From Deltaproteobacteria bacterium (lineage in GTDB: Bacteria > Myxococcota_A > UBA9160 > UBA6930): a DNA stretch of 59,704 bases. Shown piece by piece: positions 54,150 to 59,704 of the stretch (position 1 is the first letter of the stretch; each line of letters starts with the position of its first letter). The notes below the pieces were generated by a model. It worked only from the letters and a program-made list of their open reading frames with translations, had not been told where the DNA came from and ran no database searches. The stretch is taken from contig JAJDAR010000038.1 of NCBI GenBank assembly GCA_029261775.1, forward strand, positions 1 through 59,704. Reading direction: 5' to 3'. The translations under genes were made by a program, and so were the position numbers.

Positions 54150-55301
54150 ATGCAGGCCAGGGCCACGGCTAGGTGTTGGGAGGTGGGGCAGGCTGCGCGC
54201 ATCGTCGCCCGGCTGGTCCTTCCGCTTTCTCTCCTTGCGGTTGCGGCCCACGGCCAATCCGGCCCCGAGCTCGATCTCTACGCCCCCGAATCCGGGCAGG
54301 CCGTCGAATCGTACGCCGATGTGGTGGTCGTGCGCGGGCGGGTCGCGCCCTATACCAGCCGCGCCATGACCTCGGACTGGATGATCGTCATCGACTCGTC
54401 CGGCTCGACCTCGGACGCGAGCGGTGCGGACATCGACGGCGATGGAAGGGTGGGGCGCACCGCCTTCCTGCCCTCGCTCAACACCGACCACCAGGATTCC
54501 ATCCTTCATGCGGAGGTCGCCGCTGCGCGCCAGCTGCTCGAGGTCCTCGACCCCGGACGGACGCGGGTCGGGCTGATCAGCTTCTCGGGCGGCGGCGAGG
54601 CCATCGCTCCGCGGGGGGACTCGATCCTGATGGGGCGTGGCGTGGCGCCTCCGGCCGTGCTGCACACCCCGCTCACCCGCGACTACCGCGAGGTCCAGGA
54701 TGGGCTTCACGCCATCCTGCAGGAAGGCTCGCACGACAACACGGATTTCTCGGCGGCCCTCCGGCTCGCGGCGAAGAGCTTCGCCCCGGGCCCCGAGCCC
54801 ACGCTGCGCTTCATCGCCTTCCTGACGGACGGCTACCCGACCGACGGCAGCTCGAAGGTCGCACCGTCCTTCGTCGTCGCGGCGGAGGCGGCGGCCATCG
54901 AGCTCGCAGAAGCCGGTGTCCAGGTCCACGTGCTCGCCTTGGGGCCGACGGCACTCTCCCGGCCTGCAGCGGCCACGGCGATCGCGCGGCGCACGGGCGG
55001 GAGCTTCAACCCCGTGCTCGATCTGGCACAGCTCGGCTCGGCCCTTCCCTTCCTGGTGCGCGACGCCGAGCGGACGGCCCGTGAGCAGGTCGCCGTCTAC
55101 GTCTCGTCCGCCGATCGCGGACTGACGCGGGCGCAGGTGCTGCCCAACGGAACCTTCGTCGCCATGGCGCCGATCGAGCCCGGGATCAATCGCATCGAGA
55201 TCCTTGCGGTCGCCGCCGACGGTGCCACGACCTCCGTCGAGCGCTCGATCGAGGTCTCGCTTCCGGAGATCGCCGCGGAGCCCGGCCCCCTGTTTCCCTA
55301 G
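54150..55301 (+). CDS. Secreted von Willebrand factor A (VWA) domain protein
   Basis: Signal peptide, MIDAS DxSxS (VIDSSGS) and 'FLTDGYPTDG'. The C-terminal ~90 aa are beta-rich. Confidence 0.82.
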   Translation: MQARATARCWEVGQAARIVARLVLPLSLLAVAAHGQSGPELDLYAPESGQAVESYADVVVVRGRVAPYTSRAMTSDWMIVIDSSGSTSDASGADIDGDGRVGRTAFLPSLNTDHQDSILHAEVAAARQLLEVLDPGRTRVGLISFSGGGEAIAPRGDSILMGRGVAPPAVLHTPLTRDYREVQDGLHAILQEGSHDNTDFSAALRLAAKSFAPGPEPTLRFIAFLTDGYPTDGSSKVAPSFVVAAEAAAIELAEAGVQVHVLALGPTALSRPAAATAIARRTGGSFNPVLDLAQLGSALPFLVRDAERTAREQVAVYVSSADRGLTRAQVLPNGTFVAMAPIEPGINRIEILAVAADGATTSVERSIEVSLPEIAAEPGPLFP

Positions 55302-55363
55302 AGCCCGGGCGGCACCTCGGCTCGCAGGCGCGGTATGCTCCGCGGCCCATCGAGGAGGTTTCC

Positions 55364-55843
55364 ATGGGCAAGGCCGCCGACGCGCACGCGCTCTTCCAGC
55401 AGCGGATCGGACAAGAGGACGGAGTGAGCGACTGGTTCCAGGTCGACCAGGCGCGCATCAACGCCTTCGCCGATGCGACGCTCGACCACCAGTTCATCCA
55501 CATCGACCCCGAGAAGTCCGCGAAGCTCTCACCCTACAAGGTGACCATCGCCCACGGCTTTCTCACGCTCTCCCTCTTGCCGCATCTCTCGGGCAAGATC
55601 CCGCCTCCGGAGCCCAAGGCGATGGAAGGCCTGGTCATGGCCGTCAACTACGGCCTCGACAAGGTGCGCTTCCCCGCGCCAGTTCCGGTGGACTCCAAGA
55701 TCCGCGCCCGGCGCTCGCTCGCCGCGGCGGACCTGAAGGGCACGGCGGTCCAGCTCAAGCAGGTCGTGACGATCGAGATCGAGGGCCAGGAAAAGCCCGC
55801 CTGCGTCGCCGAGAGCCTGACCCGCTTCAACTACGCGGACTGA
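55364..55843 (+). CDS. MaoC-family (R)-specific enoyl-CoA hydratase/dehydratase (NodN-like)
   Basis: Hot-dog fold motif 'FADATLDHQFIHIDPEKS' ... 'IAHGFLTLSL'; 159 aa. Confidence 0.88.
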   Translation: MGKAADAHALFQQRIGQEDGVSDWFQVDQARINAFADATLDHQFIHIDPEKSAKLSPYKVTIAHGFLTLSLLPHLSGKIPPPEPKAMEGLVMAVNYGLDKVRFPAPVPVDSKIRARRSLAAADLKGTAVQLKQVVTIEIEGQEKPACVAESLTRFNYAD

Positions 55844-55865
55844 GCTGAGACGGGGTTCGGCCGAG

Positions 55866-57404
55866 ATGGGGGCTCGCCTCCGAGCGACCCTCCTGACCCT
55901 CCTGGCTGGTCTGGCGGTCCTGGCGTGCTGGGCAGGCGACGGAGGCGAGCTTTCTGCTCTTGACGCCGATGGCCGTCTGGCCCCCGCGGGTCCGTGCTCG
56001 GTGCTTCGCCTCGAGACGCCGGCGCGTCCCCGCAACGTGCTCTTCGTGTTGAGCGACACGCTTCGACGAGACCGGCTCGGCGCCTACGGAGGACCTGCTC
56101 GCACGCCTGCCTTCGATGGCTTCGCGGAGTCCCATCGCCTGTTCACCGATGTCGTTTCGCAGGCGCCGTGGACCAAACCTTCGATCGCGACCCTGTTCAC
56201 GGGCCTCTATCCGAGCCAACACCAGGTGGTGTCGCATCCGGATCTCAGGGCGCGCCACCGGGTGTCGGGTGCCGACCGGGTCCTGGACACGGACGTCCTT
56301 GCGGGACGGCTCGAGACGCTCGCCGAGGCCCTGGCGACGGCGGGATACGATACGGCTGCGTTCGTCGGCAATCCCTGGCTCCAGCGGAAGTTCGGTTTCG
56401 CCCAGGGATTCGACGTCTGGGAAGATGGCTTCGCAGACGTGGTCGTGCCCGGACGGACGGTGACGGAGGCAGCGCTGCGCTGGCTCGAGGGGAGAACCTC
56501 GAAGGCTCCCTACTTCCTCTATCTCCACTACATGGATGCGCACTCGCCGTATCCGCGGCTTCGGGACGAGGACCTGTCGAGGCGTCGCGAGCAGCTGAGG
56601 GCCGATCGCCGACCGTTGGGTCCTCTGGCTCGCTCCGCGATTCCGCGGCTGGCACTTCACGAGAGCGGCGATTCCCTGTTGAGCCGCGGCGTGCTTCCGA
56701 GCCTGGCGCTGATGGAGCTCGTCTACGACAAGGGGGTGGAGGACTTCGATCTCGCGCTCGGGGAACTCTTGCGGGTCTTCGGCGGCCGTCCGGACGCGGA
56801 GGAGACGGCCATCGTGATCACGTCCGATCACGGCGAGGCGCTCTTCACGAGGGACTGGGTGAGCCACGGGTACGGCCTCTACGAGGACGAGCTGGCCGTT
56901 CCGATGGCCGCCAGCTTGCCAGGAGTCCGCGGGCCCTCGCGGGTGGACTGTCTGATCGGCCTGGTCGACGTGCGTGCGACCCTCTGCACGTACCTGGGCG
57001 TCGAATGCGCCCGGGAGGCGGACTTCGGGGTCAGCTTCGTACAGGGCGGGGAGGCGGAGCCGAAGCCCGCCCCAGGGCGGTTCCTGGTGTCGGAGGGAGT
57101 CATCGGAAAGCCCGGTCATCGAGCCATCCGCAACCAGACCTACAAGCTGCTGCACCTCGCGAACGATCCCGGCCCGAGTCGGCGCCACCTTCATGACCTC
57201 GACCGGGATCCGGGAGAGGAACGAGATCTCCTGGACGCAGGGACGGACCGGATCGCGAAGGTCGCCGAGAGGCTCGAGCGGCAGCTGGAGTCGGCCGTCC
57301 CGCCCTTCGACTCAGGGCCCGCGGAACGCGTACCCATGGACCGGGAAACGCAGCGGCGTCTCGAAGCCCTGGGGTATCTGGAGGAACCGGGGGGAGATCG
57401 CTGA
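55866..57404 (+). CDS. Sulfatase-like hydrolase/transferase (alkaline phosphatase superfamily, non-Cys nucleophile)
   Basis: 'VLFVLSDTLRRD', 'APWTKPSIATLFTG' (Thr where sulfatases have Cys/Ser, Ile where they have Arg) and 'ITSDHGE'. Lipoprotein-like N-terminus (LAGLAVLAC). Confidence 0.8.
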   Translation: MGARLRATLLTLLAGLAVLACWAGDGGELSALDADGRLAPAGPCSVLRLETPARPRNVLFVLSDTLRRDRLGAYGGPARTPAFDGFAESHRLFTDVVSQAPWTKPSIATLFTGLYPSQHQVVSHPDLRARHRVSGADRVLDTDVLAGRLETLAEALATAGYDTAAFVGNPWLQRKFGFAQGFDVWEDGFADVVVPGRTVTEAALRWLEGRTSKAPYFLYLHYMDAHSPYPRLRDEDLSRRREQLRADRRPLGPLARSAIPRLALHESGDSLLSRGVLPSLALMELVYDKGVEDFDLALGELLRVFGGRPDAEETAIVITSDHGEALFTRDWVSHGYGLYEDELAVPMAASLPGVRGPSRVDCLIGLVDVRATLCTYLGVECAREADFGVSFVQGGEAEPKPAPGRFLVSEGVIGKPGHRAIRNQTYKLLHLANDPGPSRRHLHDLDRDPGEERDLLDAGTDRIAKVAERLERQLESAVPPFDSGPAERVPMDRETQRRLEALGYLEEPGGDR

Positions 57405-57408
57405 CTCC

Positions 57409-59199
57409 TCAGCGCTTGGCAGCCCACGCTCGGGCGGCGCGGCGCAACGTCTCGGCCCGCCGTGAGGCTTCCATCGAATCGACCGGACGATCGTCCCTGT
57501 CGAGGGCATGCGCATACAGGTCGTGGACAGCGGCCTGGAGCAACGCGTGCCCGGCCTGTGCCTCCGTCTGAGCGGATCGCTCCTTACCCAGATCTCGGAG
57601 GAACCCCGGAGCGCGGTGGATCGCTCCTTCGAGGATCTCGACCGCCTCCTTCGGCCGCCCAGCTTCGAGGGCGGCCTTCGCTCGGGGCTGATAGTGGACG
57701 ACCACCGAAGCCTGATCGTATGCAGGTTGGACCCGCGGCTTTCCCTCCGGGAGGGGTCGGGCCATCCAGACGGTCAGGGCCGCGGCCGCCACGACGCTGG
57801 CGCCTACCGGAACGAGGCGGCCCTCCCTTGCGAGCCGCGCGACTTCGAAGGGAGCGAAGGCCGCGAAGGGGAGGAGAGCCGGCACGAGAGGAAGCCGGTA
57901 GCGATCCCGGACCATGTAGAGGGCGAGCACGCCGACGTTGAGCGCGATCATGCAGAGCGCGGGGAGGATCGCGATCGGTCGCCGCCGCAAGCTCAAGAGG
58001 AGCCCGATCAGGCCCAGCGGAGCGATCGCTGCGAACCCCACGGGCATGAGACGAAGCGCCGGAACGTGACGCTGATAGTGGTAGAAGTTCGTGTTGTCGG
58101 GCTCCTCGTACCAGAAGAAGCACGACGCGAGCTTTCCCGCCATCGATGCGCCCAGCGCCTGCAAGCTCGGATAGGTCTGGAGTGTCCGCCAGACCGTGGA
58201 CAGCGTCGCTCCACCGGTGTCGTGCACGATCTCGTGCACCACGCGGACACGCAGCGAGCCGGGGCCGGCCGCGGGCTCGTAGGTTCCACCGAGCGCAAAG
58301 GTCGGCCCGCCCGCGCTGTAGACGGAGAAGGGGGGAGCTCCCACGGCCAGGTTCCGTGCTACCAGAGGCGCCAGGGCCAGGCCGATCCCGAGCAGCACGA
58401 GAGCCATCGTCCTCCAGAGGGATCGTCCACTCCACGCTGCATGACCCGCGAGCACGCCTGTGGCGAGCAGCGCGAAGGGAAGGAACAGGGTCTTGAGCAG
58501 GACGGCCAGTCCGAGGGCGAATCCGGTACCGACAAGGCGGCGCCAGCTGCCGCGTTCCGCGACGTCGTGCAGGAGCAGGAGCAGCCCGGCCGTGGCGAAG
58601 ACGACGAGCGACTCCTTCACGAGCACGATCTCGAACTGGACCATCGGCCCGTAGAGAGCAGCGAGAAGGCCCGCGACGGATCCCACCACAGGACCGAAGA
58701 GACGCCAGGCGAGGGCCAGGAGGAGCAGGTTCGTCGCCACTCCCAGCACGAGCTGCCACGCGAAGACAGCGCGGACCTCGGGCCCGAAGAGCGCGTAGGT
58801 GGCGCCGACGAGGTAGGGATACAAGGGCTCCTGGTAGAAACGGCCTCCGCCCACCCAGGTCTGCCAGAGGCCCGCGACGGGGTCTCCCGCGCCCGCTTGC
58901 TCGAGGGCGGCCCGGTCTTCCGGATACGCCTCGAGATACTTCGCGGCCACCGCGCGGTGCCAGGCGTGCAGTGGCGGCGACACGTCACGGGAGAGCAGAT
59001 CACCCGCCGCGATCGCTCGACCCCACGCATCGAAGAAATGCATGTCGGTCTGGTCCCAACGATGCTGGTCGCGGGTGGGACCCTCGGCGCTCTGCGCGAA
59101 CACGGCGATGCGAAGTCCGCAGGAAAGCGCAGCGACGGTCAGCACGATCCACCAGCGCCTGCGTTCGAGGATCGAGTCGGCTGCTCTCGAGTGGCTCAT
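57409..59199 (-). CDS. Polytopic membrane glycosyltransferase (GT-C/family 39-like) with C-terminal TPR-like domain
   Basis: About 11 hydrophobic helices, a periplasmic-loop region 'FYQEPLYPYLVG' and a soluble helical C-terminus. An alternative start lies at 59238. Confidence 0.6.
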   Translation of the reverse strand: MSHSRAADSILERRRWWIVLTVAALSCGLRIAVFAQSAEGPTRDQHRWDQTDMHFFDAWGRAIAAGDLLSRDVSPPLHAWHRAVAAKYLEAYPEDRAALEQAGAGDPVAGLWQTWVGGGRFYQEPLYPYLVGATYALFGPEVRAVFAWQLVLGVATNLLLLALAWRLFGPVVGSVAGLLAALYGPMVQFEIVLVKESLVVFATAGLLLLLHDVAERGSWRRLVGTGFALGLAVLLKTLFLPFALLATGVLAGHAAWSGRSLWRTMALVLLGIGLALAPLVARNLAVGAPPFSVYSAGGPTFALGGTYEPAAGPGSLRVRVVHEIVHDTGGATLSTVWRTLQTYPSLQALGASMAGKLASCFFWYEEPDNTNFYHYQRHVPALRLMPVGFAAIAPLGLIGLLLSLRRRPIAILPALCMIALNVGVLALYMVRDRYRLPLVPALLPFAAFAPFEVARLAREGRLVPVGASVVAAAALTVWMARPLPEGKPRVQPAYDQASVVVHYQPRAKAALEAGRPKEAVEILEGAIHRAPGFLRDLGKERSAQTEAQAGHALLQAAVHDLYAHALDRDDRPVDSMEASRRAETLRRAARAWAAKR

Positions 59200-59573
59200 G
59201 GGTACCCGGGTTCCAGGGACGAACTCGCCGATCCTCACGGTCGTAGCTCCAACGGCGAAGGGACCCTCCCAGCGGCTGGCTGCACCGGGCGAAGACTATC
59301 GTGCATCGCGACACCTCCGGCGGGTCCGGGCTGGGAGGTGCGACCCGAGACGTCGATGCTCCTCTTGAGCGGCAGGCCTGTCGTGGGGCGGCAAGCCGAG
59401 GCGGGCTGGCTCCCCCAGACGAAGGGCTTCGAGGCCGTGGGCATGCCGGGAAACGCCCCCGCCCACGCGGCCCTTCGACTGCCTCACCGGGTCGGCTGCC
59501 AGGAGTCTCCGATGCCAGGGGGTACGCAGGTGAAGTACGCTCACCGACGATGGGGCGCTCGCTGGGAGCGTCG

Positions 59574-59704
59574 ATGAGCGAAGTGGCGTGCGTGTTCGGA
59601 CCCGTCGTCGACGAGGTCCAGTCGCGGGGTGTCCCGCCGGAGAAGCTGGTCGAGGGCCTGGGCTTCGATGCCGGCGAGCTCGGCAATCCCCGGCGGCGCA
59701 TTCC
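59574..59704 (+). CDS. Partial CDS (5' end only), possibly a transcriptional regulator
   Basis: The ATG at 59574 opens a high-GC3 frame (MSEVACVFGPVVDEVQSRGVPPEKLVEGLGFDAGELGNP...) that runs off the window. The resemblance to AraC-family N-termini is weak. Confidence 0.3.
   Translation, partial: MSEVACVFGPVVDEVQSRGVPPEKLVEGLGFDAGELGNPRRRI

Noticed and set aside
59000-59701. The 233-aa minus-strand ORF at the right edge.
   Set aside because: Its sequence is Arg/Pro/Ser-rich low complexity, it overlaps the 5' end of the GT-C gene and the intergenic region, and it has no recognisable motif.
1-59704. A genomic island or mobile element somewhere in the window.
   Set aside because: There are no integrase, transposase, recombinase, phage or conjugation genes, no flanking tRNA, no long direct repeats, and no extended compositional shift. 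The only AT-rich patches are short intergenic regions and the (AAG)n tract.

Overview
This is a 59.7-kb, roughly 70% GC, gene-dense chromosomal segment with about 57 supportable CDS. I found no rRNA, tRNA, CRISPR array, transposase, integrase or phage genes. Several genes (YhcB/ZapG, YheU, a DUF2868-like protein, a DUF1302 plus LolA-like pair, a PEP-CTERM protein) suggest a high-GC Gammaproteobacterium-like organism; that is inference only. Most of the content is ordinary: stress and repair genes (msrA, xthA), an ECF42 sigma factor with its DGPF partner, a Spy/CpxP-like protein with a two-component system, a sigma-70 family factor, an ABC sugar importer, lipid and CoA metabolism, and several alkaline-phosphatase-superfamily hydrolases. 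I see no complete, obviously novel multi-gene machine such as a defence island. The most unusual items are: (1) a secreted reprolysin-like (M12B) metalloprotease whose last 25 codons are an (AAG)n microsatellite encoding a K15-R-K6-R-K2 tail, next to a separately encoded prodomain-like ORF and a divergent PI-PLC-like phospholipase; (2) a tightly overlapping seven-gene minus-strand operon combining an SCPx-type thiolase, a Cys-type sulfatase, an MBL hydrolase, a GST-like protein and a sugar-type ABC importer; (3) short tandem duplications (17-35 bp) sitting on or next to stop codons at five loci; (4) a 33-nt palindromic REP-like repeat family; (5) an ~800-bp structured non-coding region upstream of the sigma-70 gene. 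Long Arg/Pro/Gly-rich ORFs antisense to recognised genes are treated as high-GC artefacts. Start codons were chosen by family-typical N-termini, RBS-like purine runs and stop/start overlaps, and they remain the least certain part of the annotation.
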